DNA of 64,000 nucleotides from an archaeon (GTDB lineage: Archaea > B1Sed10-29 > JAJRYS01): assembly GCA_024275665.1 (NCBI GenBank), contig JAJRYS010000016.1, positions 3,050-67,049 on the forward strand, written 5' to 3'. Numbering within the stretch: the stretch's first letter is position 1; every line of letters starts with the position of its first letter. Position numbers and translations under genes: made by a program. Below are positions 55,382 through 64,000 of this stretch, piece after piece. The notes beneath the pieces are model-generated. The model made no database searches. It was not told where the DNA came from and worked only from the letters and a program-made list of their open reading frames with translations.

Positions 55382-57007
55382 TTATCTAATTCCTGCTTTT
55401 ATTAAACCATAAAACAAAGGATTTGGTTTCCCAGGCCATGAAGTGAATTCTGGATGAGCTTGTGTTGCTACGAAAAAATTATGACCAGGAATTTCAATAA
55501 ACTCTACTAGTCTTCCATTAGGTGAAACTCCTGATATTACTAATCCTTTTTCTTGTAATAATTCATGATATTTTGGATTCACTTCATACCTATGTCTGTG
55601 CCTTTCTTGTGCTATTCCTTCTTTCATCCTTCCAAATTTTTCATACAACTCTCTTACTAGTGTTCCTTTTTTCAATACTGCTGGATAAGTACCTAACCTC
55701 ATTGTTCCTCCTTTTTCTATGATTTGCTTTTGTTCTGATAAAATATCTATTACATTATAATGAGTTCTTGGGTTTATTTCAGTACTGTTAGCATTTTTCA
55801 AACCGCATACGTTTCTTGCATATTCAACTACTGCTAATTGTAAACCATAACAGATCCCCAAGAATGGTTTGTTCTTTTCTCTGCAGTATTGTATCGCTTT
55901 TATTTTTCCCTCTGCTCCTGTTTTCCCAAAACCTCCTGGTATTATCACACAATCCAAATAATCTAAGATTCTCATTAAGTTTTTGTCTTTTTCAAACATT
56001 TCTGAGTTAATCCATTCAATGTTATCCTGCACTCCAAGTTCTGCGCATGCGTGTTTTACTGCTTCTCTTACTGACACGTAAGAATCTGATAATTGCCAGT
56101 CTCCTGTGTTTAAGTATTTTCCAATTATGCCTATTCTTACTTCCTTTCCTTTGTTTTTCATTTTCTCAACCACTTTTCTCCAGTAATCGAGTTTATCCTC
56201 TCTTGGTTTTAAATTCATCAATTTCAGAAGCATGTCTCCAAAACCTTGTTCTTCAAGTACTAATGGAAGCTCGTATATTATTTCAAGGTCAGGGTTAGAA
56301 ATTACTCTTTTCTCTTTTATGTTGCAAAATAATGCCAGCTTTTTTTTCCTAACACTATCCACTGGTTTTTTACTCCTGCATACTATAAAGTCTGGTTGTA
56401 TTCCAACTTCTTGCAATGCTTTCACAGAATGTTGTGTTGGTTTTGTTTTCGCTTCTCCAAGGAAATTAGGAACTGGTATGAAAGAAATGTGAATAAATAT
56501 CACTTTATCTTTGCCTAGTTTTAATCTCATTTGTCTTGCTGCTTCAAGAAAAGGAATATTCTCATAATCCCCTACAGTCCCCCCGATTTCTATTAATAGA
56601 ATTTCTTCGTTCTTTCCTCTTTCAATTATTTTCTTCTGTATTTCGTCTGTCAGATGAGGAATTATCTGTACGGTCTTTCCAAGAAAATCCCCTCTTCTCT
56701 CTTTCTCTATTATTGTTTTGTAAACTTTTCCAGTAGTAAGATTATGTTCTTTTGAAAGGTTTTTGTGAAGAAAACGTTCGTAATTACCCAAATCTTGATC
56801 TACTTCACCGCCGTCTTGTGTCACAAACACTTCCCCATGCTCAGTAGGTCTCATTGTTCCCGCATCAATGTTGATGTAAGGATCTATTTTCATTGCGGAA
56901 ACTTTGAATCCTTTGCTAATGAGAAGCCTGCCTATGGAAGAAGTAGTAATGCCCTTGCCAAGCCCACTCATTACTCCGCCTGTTATGAAAATGAATTTTG
57001 TTTGCAC
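55382..57007 (-). CDS. pyrG: CTP synthase
   Basis: N-terminal FITGGVMSGLGKG synthetase motif, C-terminal class I glutamine amidotransferase with the GICYGLQ catalytic Cys. Confidence 0.9.
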   Translation of the reverse strand: MQTKFIFITGGVMSGLGKGITTSSIGRLLISKGFKVSAMKIDPYINIDAGTMRPTEHGEVFVTQDGGEVDQDLGNYERFLHKNLSKEHNLTTGKVYKTIIEKERRGDFLGKTVQIIPHLTDEIQKKIIERGKNEEILLIEIGGTVGDYENIPFLEAARQMRLKLGKDKVIFIHISFIPVPNFLGEAKTKPTQHSVKALQEVGIQPDFIVCRSKKPVDSVRKKKLALFCNIKEKRVISNPDLEIIYELPLVLEEQGFGDMLLKLMNLKPREDKLDYWRKVVEKMKNKGKEVRIGIIGKYLNTGDWQLSDSYVSVREAVKHACAELGVQDNIEWINSEMFEKDKNLMRILDYLDCVIIPGGFGKTGAEGKIKAIQYCREKNKPFLGICYGLQLAVVEYARNVCGLKNANSTEINPRTHYNVIDILSEQKQIIEKGGTMRLGTYPAVLKKGTLVRELYEKFGRMKEGIAQERHRHRYEVNPKYHELLQEKGLVISGVSPNGRLVEFIEIPGHNFFVATQAHPEFTSWPGKPNPLFYGLIKAGIR

Positions 57008-57029
57008 ATAGTATTAAAACCAATGTTGT

Positions 57030-57422
57030 TTAAAAAGTTTGTCTTTTCTTCTTCTTGTATTCCTTGTGGAGTTTGTTAACGCTTTTAGCACCAACCACTC
57101 GTTTTCCAAAGCATTTGTGCGGCACTAATGCTCCTGTGAATTTTTTTGGGATGTGCAGGAGTTCATGGATGATTATCTTTTCTTTTTCTTCTTCTGGTAA
57201 TGGGTCAAAGTTATGTGATAAGACTTCTATTACGTAATGAGGTTCGAGGTTCAAAGTCATTTGCCACACTCTTGGTAGTTCCCAGATGCGCGCGTAAGCA
57301 TTAGCTTTTGACCCATAGCTGCGCATGTAAAAAATCCTGGAAGAATCAATGTAATCAAGTTCAAGAGTTTTTATGATGTCATTAGCTTTTTCCTGCACGT
57401 CAGGAGCGAATTGGAACTTCAT
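57030..57422 (-). CDS. Putative zinc metallopeptidase (HExxH; SprT/DUF45-like)
   Basis: IIHELLHIP HExxH motif with a downstream His; about 130 aa. Confidence 0.4.
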   Translation of the reverse strand: MKFQFAPDVQEKANDIIKTLELDYIDSSRIFYMRSYGSKANAYARIWELPRVWQMTLNLEPHYVIEVLSHNFDPLPEEEKEKIIIHELLHIPKKFTGALVPHKCFGKRVVGAKSVNKLHKEYKKKKRQTF

Positions 57423-57607
57423 ACGATCCCTATTACTCAGTGAGCGTTTTTAATAATCGCGCAAAACAAGAGGAGGGAACGTTAAAGTTCCCTCGAAGGC
57501 AACGGTGACGCATTCTGGAAAAAAGGTCTGTTCGTAAGATTATACCATGTGGAAGTATTTAAAACATTAACCATTTATAAAGGGTTTATAAATGGAGTTT
57601 AAAAGTT

Positions 57608-58036
57608 TTACGTTACTACTATGAAGTCAATAACAAAGCTTATCAGCAATGCAGCTGTTATGAAAACACTGCTTATTTTTAAAGACTCCCTGAAGTTTCC
57701 TTTCTCAGCAAGGTCTGATAATAATGCCAAGCCCATTTTCACGCTTGCGAAGCTCATGAACAACACTGATAGTGAAGAGAATATTATGAACGCGCTTAGC
57801 ACTCCGCTTGCTTTGAACAACCATCCTAAAAATACCCCTGTGAGAAATAGAACTAATGGGCTTAGGAATCCGAAGAATAGGAAGCTAAGTGAGAATACTA
57901 CTACTGTTAGTACTAGTGAGGAAATGCTTAACGGGAAAACCACTAGCCATGAAGGGATTGTTAGAAAGAAACTGCCGAGAAATCCTGTTGCGAAAGCTAT
58001 TATGTTCCCTGTTTCAAGTATCTTCTCCATGTTCAT
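57608..58036 (-). CDS. Small polytopic membrane protein (hypothetical)
   Basis: 4 hydrophobic helices; overlaps the next gene by 4 nt. Confidence 0.35.
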   Translation of the reverse strand: MNMEKILETGNIIAFATGFLGSFFLTIPSWLVVFPLSISSLVLTVVVFSLSFLFFGFLSPLVLFLTGVFLGWLFKASGVLSAFIIFSSLSVLFMSFASVKMGLALLSDLAEKGNFRESLKISSVFITAALLISFVIDFIVVT

Positions 58037-58914
58037 TGCTTTATCCTCCTTGCGAGCCTTGTTTTGAAAGCGTGAGCTTTAGTGTCTATTTTTCTATGAA
58101 AATCATAAACTGCTCTTGAAGTGATTATGAACTGATACGCAAGAGCAAATGATATTCCAAGCATTGACAAACCCCATTTTGCATAGGGCACTATTTCTTT
58201 GCTTAATACTGATAAAGGGAACATGAATATTAAAAGCAGCCCTATTGGAGCTGTTATTGCTACCCCCATGCATAAGAGGTAAAGAGTTACTAGCCCTCTT
58301 AGGTTGAATCTCATGAATTCTGAGGCTTGGTAAAAACTCTCGCCAGTGGAGTCTCCTGCTGCTGCATGGGGAATTGCAAGAGCAAAGATTACTCCAAAGT
58401 TAAGCAATAAGACTAACTGAAATCCTTGCATTGAGAAAGAAGAGATAACTACTACTGTTAGTGCTGCAAGAATTGAAAGAAGCAATGTTGAAGAGTTTAT
58501 CCCTTTTGTTCCTATCCTATTAATACCGTTTTTCATGTTGAACACTGTTCTTGAAACCACTGCGAAAGCAAGGTATTGCAGCACTAAGGCAATTAATACT
58601 ATGATGATTTTGGTTTTTTCAATGCCGTTGATAATCCCTTGCTGGAGGTTTACTGTTTTGGTTATTCCTCCAAACCTCATTATTGGTATGAGACCATCTG
58701 CTCCTATCTCGTCGTACTTTGCAGGGTCTGTTCCTGATAATTCAATACTGCCACCGAACAGTTCATCTGTTGCTTTCCCAACACTGTGAAGGGAGTAACT
58801 TCCTTGAATCCAGCAAAAGGAAAGTATTACGAAAGCTATTGCTATGAAAGGAATGATAAGCAATGATATTTTTTTCTTCATTGCCATGAATGGGTAAATG
58901 CTTAAGTCAACCAT
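58033..58914 (-). CDS. Polytopic membrane protein (hypothetical, 293 aa)
   Basis: About 7 TM helices; operon-coupled to neighbours (overlaps). Confidence 0.35.
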   Translation of the reverse strand: MVDLSIYPFMAMKKKISLLIIPFIAIAFVILSFCWIQGSYSLHSVGKATDELFGGSIELSGTDPAKYDEIGADGLIPIMRFGGITKTVNLQQGIINGIEKTKIIIVLIALVLQYLAFAVVSRTVFNMKNGINRIGTKGINSSTLLLSILAALTVVVISSFSMQGFQLVLLLNFGVIFALAIPHAAAGDSTGESFYQASEFMRFNLRGLVTLYLLCMGVAITAPIGLLLIFMFPLSVLSKEIVPYAKWGLSMLGISFALAYQFIITSRAVYDFHRKIDTKAHAFKTRLARRIKQ

Positions 58915-60661
58915 GCTTGAAACCTCTTTTTAATATTGTCAATTTACTTCCCAATCTTTTATTATTCTTTCCCATCATGCGTTTTATCCTTTCCAAATGC
59001 CTTGCTTTGAAGTTTCTTAAAACGTTTTTGTCTGATTCAAGCAGTTTTATGTAATGAGCTACTCTTTCTCCTGCTACTGTTTCTGGTAGGATTACCGCGT
59101 CTGCTCCTTTCTTGTAAAGTCTTAGTGCTTCGTCAGCAAAGGTTGCTCTTACTATTATTGGAATCCTCTTGTTTTCTTTTCTTATTCTTTCTATTGCTGT
59201 TATTGCTGCTTCTTCGTCAGGAATTGTTATTACTACCATTCTGGCATTTTTAATACCAAGCTTTTCATATACTGCTTCATTGAACAGGTCTCCGTATACG
59301 TAAGGTATTTTCCTTTCTTGCAGCATTTTAATGACTTCAGGATCATAATCCACTACCAGCACTTTGTCTCTTATCTCATTTATTATTTCTCCTCCCATCC
59401 TGTGGCATCCTAATATTATTATATGATTTTTCATTTTCTTACTTGCTTCTCGCCATTGTTTTGGCAGTCTTCTTGTGAAGAACTTTCTTTTGAACAGGGA
59501 GAATATCTTACTTGTTTCTGAGAAGAATAAATATATTTTTTTATCAACCCCAAATAAGTAAGGGGTTAGCAGAAGAGTTATGATTATTACTATTGTTACT
59601 GCTGAAAACAAGGTTGAATTCAACACTCCTGACATTAGACCATAGGTTGCTATTATGAATGAAAACTCGCTTATTTGCGCAAGCCCAAGCCCTGTTGAAA
59701 TCGCAGTTCTCCCACCGTATCCTTGTAAAGCATATAATAGGGTTATTATTACTGGTTTTATTACAACAACTAAGAATAACATTGCTCCTATGAATATAAG
59801 AAAAGAAGGGTTGATGTTAGTAGTTATTTGCATTCCGAGCGATACGAAGAAAATGGTTGCAAAGAAGTCTTTAAGGGATCTTATCTTCCCAGCTATTTCA
59901 GCGTCATAATCAAATGCTGATAATGCCAAGCCCCCTATGAGTGCTCCTATTGCTATTGAAAAACCAAGACCGTAAGCAAACCCCATGAAAGCAAAACAAG
60001 TTGATATTGAAGTAAGGAATAAGAGTTCCTGTGATTTTGAAGCAAACTTTAACAAGTAAGGGAACAAGAATTTGTTAGCAACGATTGCTATTGAGAACAA
60101 GCCAAGCCCGTTTATTACTATGTTGGATACTGTTTCAAGGTTTAAAGGTTGCCCAATGTTGCTTAAAAATGAAAGTGCTATGATTGCAAGCAAATCCTGC
60201 ACTATCAAAATTCCCATCATTAATCTACCATGGAGAGAGCTTAGAGCATGGTTGTCTGTTAGCAGTTTCAACACTACCATGGTGCTGCTGAACGAAATGA
60301 TTAATCCCATGTATATTGACTGCGTCTGGTTTAATCCAAAATAAGAAGAAGCAATTATTCCAATTACTATCGTGAGAAGAACTTGCATCAAGCCATTCAC
60401 GAAAGAAACAAACCCTATTCCTTTCAGTTTGTTGAAATTAACTTCAACTCCTGCTCCAAACAATAGGAAAGCAATTCCAAGCTCTGATAGGATTATAATC
60501 TCATTAGTGTTTGAAATTATTCCAATTCCAAGAGGGCCGACGAATACTCCTGCAAGAATATATGCTAAAAGCAGTGGCTGCCTGAAGAGTTTTATAACGT
60601 AAGAGAACAAAGTAGCTATTATAATTATTAAGCCAATATCCAATAGTAGAGAATAATCCAT
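58907..60661 (-). CDS. Monovalent cation:proton antiporter (CPA2/KefB-like) with a C-terminal TrkA-N (RCK) domain
   Basis: Na_H exchanger membrane core (about 12 TM, GPLGIGIISN), C-terminal Rossmann-like IIILGCHRMGGEI...VVDYDPE. Confidence 0.75.
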   Translation of the reverse strand: MDYSLLLDIGLIIIIATLFSYVIKLFRQPLLLAYILAGVFVGPLGIGIISNTNEIIILSELGIAFLLFGAGVEVNFNKLKGIGFVSFVNGLMQVLLTIVIGIIASSYFGLNQTQSIYMGLIISFSSTMVVLKLLTDNHALSSLHGRLMMGILIVQDLLAIIALSFLSNIGQPLNLETVSNIVINGLGLFSIAIVANKFLFPYLLKFASKSQELLFLTSISTCFAFMGFAYGLGFSIAIGALIGGLALSAFDYDAEIAGKIRSLKDFFATIFFVSLGMQITTNINPSFLIFIGAMLFLVVVIKPVIITLLYALQGYGGRTAISTGLGLAQISEFSFIIATYGLMSGVLNSTLFSAVTIVIIITLLLTPYLFGVDKKIYLFFSETSKIFSLFKRKFFTRRLPKQWREASKKMKNHIIILGCHRMGGEIINEIRDKVLVVDYDPEVIKMLQERKIPYVYGDLFNEAVYEKLGIKNARMVVITIPDEEAAITAIERIRKENKRIPIIVRATFADEALRLYKKGADAVILPETVAGERVAHYIKLLESDKNVLRNFKARHLERIKRMMGKNNKRLGSKLTILKRGFKHG

Positions 60662-60672
60662 GACAGTAATTA

Positions 60673-61260
60673 CTATTTAATTATTTTTAAACTCTTTGCT
60701 GTTTTATCAATTACTTTTTCTTCTACAACGTACCAGTATACTACAAGACCAATAGAAGAGCCTATCAGTACATCTGACAAGTAATGAAGTTGTAAGTAAA
60801 CCCTTGAAAAACTAACTAGCAAAGCTGTTGTGAAGAAAACCAATGGTTTTGAATAGTAATATTCCAGAGTGCTCATTAATGAGAAAGCGAAGGCAGCGTG
60901 GCCAGAAGGAAAGGAAGATAAAAACTTTTCAGTGCCAAAGCCAGTTACCCCTCCATCAGGTCTGTTTCTATTAACAACCAGTTTTATCACAAACACTACT
61001 ATTATGTTTATTATTATTACAAGAATCATTCTCCAAGCTATTTCTTTTTTCCTTTTCTTTTCAAACATTAACACCAGTAAAACCAATAAAGGCAATCCTG
61101 TTGTCATGCTTCCAATATTAGTGATTGCTATCATTGCAATATCAAGCAAAGGATTTCTAAAAGAGCTCATTAAAACGCTTACTTGTTTGTCTATTGCAAG
61201 AGAAGCTATTCCAGCAAGTAAGAACAACCATGCTGCTGCGAGTAAAATCTTCTTATTCAT
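60673..61260 (-). CDS. PAP2-family (type 2 phosphatidic acid phosphatase) membrane protein
   Basis: KxxxxxxRP-like (NRNRPDGG), PSGH (SFPSGHAAFAF) and SRxxxxxHxxxD-like (YLQLHYLSD) motifs. Confidence 0.7.
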   Translation of the reverse strand: MNKKILLAAAWLFLLAGIASLAIDKQVSVLMSSFRNPLLDIAMIAITNIGSMTTGLPLLVLLVLMFEKKRKKEIAWRMILVIIINIIVVFVIKLVVNRNRPDGGVTGFGTEKFLSSFPSGHAAFAFSLMSTLEYYYSKPLVFFTTALLVSFSRVYLQLHYLSDVLIGSSIGLVVYWYVVEEKVIDKTAKSLKIIK

Positions 61261-62249
61261 ACTCTCATCTCTTCGTTCATTTTAGTAAGATTTTTCACAC
61301 TCTTGTTTATAACCAGAGTGTTTTCAAGCCTGAATCCTCCGATATTTTGAACATGTAACCCTGGTTCTAATGCTATTACCATGTTGTTTTTGAATGTTTG
61401 TTTTGATTTCAAACTTATGACTGGTTCTTCGTGAACTCTTAAACCAATGCCATGTCCTAACGAGTACTTCCAATACTGTAACACTCCTTTTTCTTTAAAG
61501 AAGCTTTGTACTGCAATCACTGCTTCGTTGCACTTTTTTCCAGGTTTTATTTTTCCTAATGCTATCTTGTATGCTTTTTTTATTATCTCCCATTTTTCTT
61601 CTTTCTCTTTTGAAGGATTGATGCAAAAAGTTCTCGTCATATCAGAGCAATAGTTGTTGACTACGAAACCTAAATCAACTATTATTGTTTCGTCTTCTTT
61701 TATTTTTTTGTCAGTTGGTTTGGAATGAATTCTTAAACTGTTCTTTCCAGAAGAGATTATGAAGTTGAAAGCAATCCCTTCACTTTCTGTTATTGATTCG
61801 CATAACGCTGTTTTATATATTTCTTTTTCAGTAACCCCTTTTTTTATGCTCTCTTTTACTGCTTTCATTGCTCTTACTGATAACCTGCTTGCTTTTTCAA
61901 TGCATTTAATCTCTTTTTTTGTCTTAATGCTTCTTATTTTATCTACTTTATCCTCAGCGTCGTACAATCTTACTTTCTTGCTTAGTGTTGAAAACATTTT
62001 GAAAGGCATTGAATCAACACAAGCAAATGCTTTCTTGATGCGTAATTTTTTAAATAGTTCAAACAAGTCCTTATAATAATCCTTGCTCTCGATTATCACT
62101 GCATTTGCTTTTACATAAGAATCAGCTGTTATCAAATACTTCTTATTCTTAGTGATTAACAAGAAGCCAGAAGTATCAGCATTTGAAAAATACTCTACGT
62201 CCTCTTCTCTATGTAATAGTAAAGGAAGGAGTTTTTCTAATTTTCTCAT
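61257..62249 (-). CDS. M24-family metallopeptidase (Xaa-Pro aminopeptidase/prolidase-like)
   Basis: Pita-bread fold motifs: metal-binding D/D, HGIGLRVHEEP, E...E. Confidence 0.7.
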   Translation of the reverse strand: MRKLEKLLPLLLHREEDVEYFSNADTSGFLLITKNKKYLITADSYVKANAVIIESKDYYKDLFELFKKLRIKKAFACVDSMPFKMFSTLSKKVRLYDAEDKVDKIRSIKTKKEIKCIEKASRLSVRAMKAVKESIKKGVTEKEIYKTALCESITESEGIAFNFIISSGKNSLRIHSKPTDKKIKEDETIIVDLGFVVNNYCSDMTRTFCINPSKEKEEKWEIIKKAYKIALGKIKPGKKCNEAVIAVQSFFKEKGVLQYWKYSLGHGIGLRVHEEPVISLKSKQTFKNNMVIALEPGLHVQNIGGFRLENTLVINKSVKNLTKMNEEMRV

Positions 62250-63226
62250 ACAATCAATTCCCCTGAATCCATTATCTTTTCATCATCAAACCATATTGTA
62301 GGCTTTAATAGTATGGCATCCCAGTGAATTTCGGACCTTACTCTTCCTCCAAAATCAAAGTTAGACCCGAAAGCAATGTGGCAGGTTCCCAGCACTTTTT
62401 CCTCTTCAAGTATTCTTCCTGATAGTATTGCTTTTGGATTCATTCCAACACCAAACTCTGCGATGTTCCTAGCGTTTTTCAACTTCCACATTTTCTTGCT
62501 GAAAGCATTATCCCCTATTACTTCCTGCACTAACCCTTTCCTTACAAGTACTTTTGTTTTCGGCTTGCAGATTCCTTCCATTTCGTCTATTACTATTATT
62601 CCTGCTCCTGTTTTTTCTTTAGGAGCTACAAATACTTCTCCTGCTGGCAGGTTTCCGAAACTCCCTTTCTTTGAATATATGCCTGTATCATTATCCACTA
62701 CTCTTTCTCCTATGTTTTCAAACTGAAAGTTAGTGCCAGAAATAGTAATAATCTTTACTTTGCTTGTTTTTCTAAGCAGTCCAGCTACTTTCTTAATGTT
62801 CTTCTCCATTTTCTTATAATCAACATTAACAGCTCTTGTGAACATTTCCATTGTTATCCCAGGTAGGGTTGCTATCCTCACTCCTTTCTTGGTAGCGTTT
62901 TTCCTTGCTTTCGTGCGTGAAAGGGAGTAATAAGTAGGAGCCAATACTATATCATGCTCAAGCATTGCCTTTGCAACTATTTTAGGAGGTTCTCTTCCAT
63001 GCTCTCCTGTTGGTTTGATTTTTACAAGCATTGCTTGTGTTGTTTTCTCAGCAGCATTGAAAAGAGATTCTCCTACTTCAGAAGTCATGGTGTCTGTTAT
63101 TACAAGTACTTTTTCCCCTTTCTTTACTCCCATGCATTGTTTGATTACTCTTTCAGCAGTTTCTTCTGCTTTGTTCACTTTAATCACTCCAGGAAGCCCC
63201 TTCAAGGAATGCTTTCGTCCTGTCAT
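62246..63226 (-). CDS. Aminopeptidase, M29 (AmpS/PepS)-like
   Basis: CHIAFGSN...GGRVRSEIHWDAI resembles the M29 HIALG...S.vHwD signature; length shorter than typical. Confidence 0.45.
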   Translation of the reverse strand: MTGRKHSLKGLPGVIKVNKAEETAERVIKQCMGVKKGEKVLVITDTMTSEVGESLFNAAEKTTQAMLVKIKPTGEHGREPPKIVAKAMLEHDIVLAPTYYSLSRTKARKNATKKGVRIATLPGITMEMFTRAVNVDYKKMEKNIKKVAGLLRKTSKVKIITISGTNFQFENIGERVVDNDTGIYSKKGSFGNLPAGEVFVAPKEKTGAGIIVIDEMEGICKPKTKVLVRKGLVQEVIGDNAFSKKMWKLKNARNIAEFGVGMNPKAILSGRILEEEKVLGTCHIAFGSNFDFGGRVRSEIHWDAILLKPTIWFDDEKIMDSGELIV

Positions 63227-64000
63227 TAGTGCTTGGGTAGTGCCTGCTTATCTTCATTATTACGCTGTTCCCACTTTTTCTAACTTCTCTTATTGTTGCT
63301 ATTACTCCTAAGTGTTTCAGATTCTCTACGAAATGCATTCCTGTTTCCTCGTCAGGAACTTCTATTTCAAAGTCCTCTGTTACTTCCTCTCCCCTAGCTA
63401 TTTTTCTTATTGTTTCCACCATTGGTATTAAAATGCTTTTACCAAGCGCGCTTGCTTCTTTTTCAAGCTCTTCTCCTTCCAAGCCAAGCTCGTATGCTTG
63501 GAAAGCTTCCCTGACAAGCCTTCTGTACATGAAAGCCAATCCGTAATCGTTGTAAAAAGTGAAAGCATACTGCAGGTCTTTGTTAGTGCTTTGATTAGCA
63601 GTGTATTTCAACATTTTTCCTTCTTCTGTTTTTAGTACCACTCCTTCTCTTCCTTCTGCGCCTATCTTCCTAACAAGGTTTAAAATATCTTTTCCGTTGT
63701 TGAATTCTCCGAACACTCGCACACCTTTCAAACCGTATTCTTCCAGCATTCTTATTTTTTCACTGTGCTTTAATGGTTTGTTAGTGGTCCTGTTGCGGAT
63801 GTCGAATATGAAGTAACCGAAGTCCCTAGCTTCTGGGTAACTCTTTTCTTGATAAGGATTCTGCATTCCTACTACTTCACCACAAAGCATTAACTCAGGA
63901 TAGTCTTTGAAAAATTTTTCATTAATAGTTTTCTTTATCCTGCTTGTGGTGTACTCACATACCAGTCCACCGCGTGTTAATGAGATTATTTTTCCTTCTA
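63180..64000 (-). CDS. Hypothetical protein, possibly an RNA-ligase-like nucleotidyltransferase; N-terminus beyond the window edge
   Basis: ORF continues to the window end on the minus strand; weak resemblance to the archaeal Rnl3/Pab1020-type ligase C-terminal region. Confidence 0.25.
   Translation of the reverse strand, partial: EGKIISLTRGGLVCEYTTSRIKKTINEKFFKDYPELMLCGEVVGMQNPYQEKSYPEARDFGYFIFDIRNRTTNKPLKHSEKIRMLEEYGLKGVRVFGEFNNGKDILNLVRKIGAEGREGVVLKTEEGKMLKYTANQSTNKDLQYAFTFYNDYGLAFMYRRLVREAFQAYELGLEGEELEKEASALGKSILIPMVETIRKIARGEEVTEDFEIEVPDEETGMHFVENLKHLGVIATIREVRKSGNSVIMKISRHYPSTNDRTKAFLEGASWSD

Noticed and set aside
1-64000. rRNA genes or additional tRNAs in other intergenic gaps
   Set aside because: No intergenic gap other than 13745-13949 shows a cloverleaf-compatible acceptor/T-arm pair or rRNA-like conserved blocks. 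The remaining gaps are short, AT-rich and promoter-like

Overview
This window reads as a 64 kb stretch of an archaeal chromosome, about 38-40% GC and densely coding on both strands. The translation components, form III RuBisCO, thermosome and exosome superoperon identify it as archaeal, possibly from a reduced or DPANN-like genome, though that is an inference. No rRNA genes and no CRISPR array were seen.

Main contents, in order:
- An N-glycosylation-like operon: a GT2 glycosyltransferase, a small sequon-rich secreted protein and two tandem short AglB/STT3-like membrane proteins.
- Translation and RNA-processing genes: TruD, aRF1, PyrH, Dph2, MetRS, a Leu/Ile-like class I aaRS, ProRS, Trm1, RNase HII, aIF5A, and ribosomal proteins S26e, L10e, L15e and L37ae.
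- A stand-alone form III RuBisCO next to an XPD helicase, plus the thermosome and ScpA/ScpB.
- A complete archaeal exosome superoperon: UPF0201, Rpp30, Pop5, PsmA, SBDS, Rrp4, Rrp41, Rrp42, L37ae, RpoP, Brix and prefoldin beta, followed by a DHH phosphoesterase.
- A MinD-like ATPase clustered with roadblock-like, DUF4388-like and NYN-domain proteins.
- CTP synthase, a CPA2 antiporter, PAP2, M24 and M29 peptidases, and several regulators (TrmB, Lrp/AsnC, XRE).
- One tRNA-Ile(GAU) with a roughly 40-nt intron at a non-canonical position in the D-arm.

Observations worth a second look:
- Three otherwise intact genes are disrupted by single lesions. ScpB has an in-frame TAA; L10e has a frameshift in a GGGTTT run; an EgtD-like methyltransferase on an AT-rich island has a frameshift in a T6 run.
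- A perfect 47-bp tandem duplication copies the 3' end of aRF1 up against the TruD start codon.
- Three consecutive, extremely Lys/Glu-rich coiled-coil ORFs sit divergent from an orphan VirB11/TadA-like ATPase.
- A roughly 70-nt structured element with a conserved core occurs on both sides of the lrp gene.
- An orphan LysW-like zinc-ribbon protein has no lysine-pathway neighbours.
- An Hjc-like nuclease carries a roughly 40-aa insertion.
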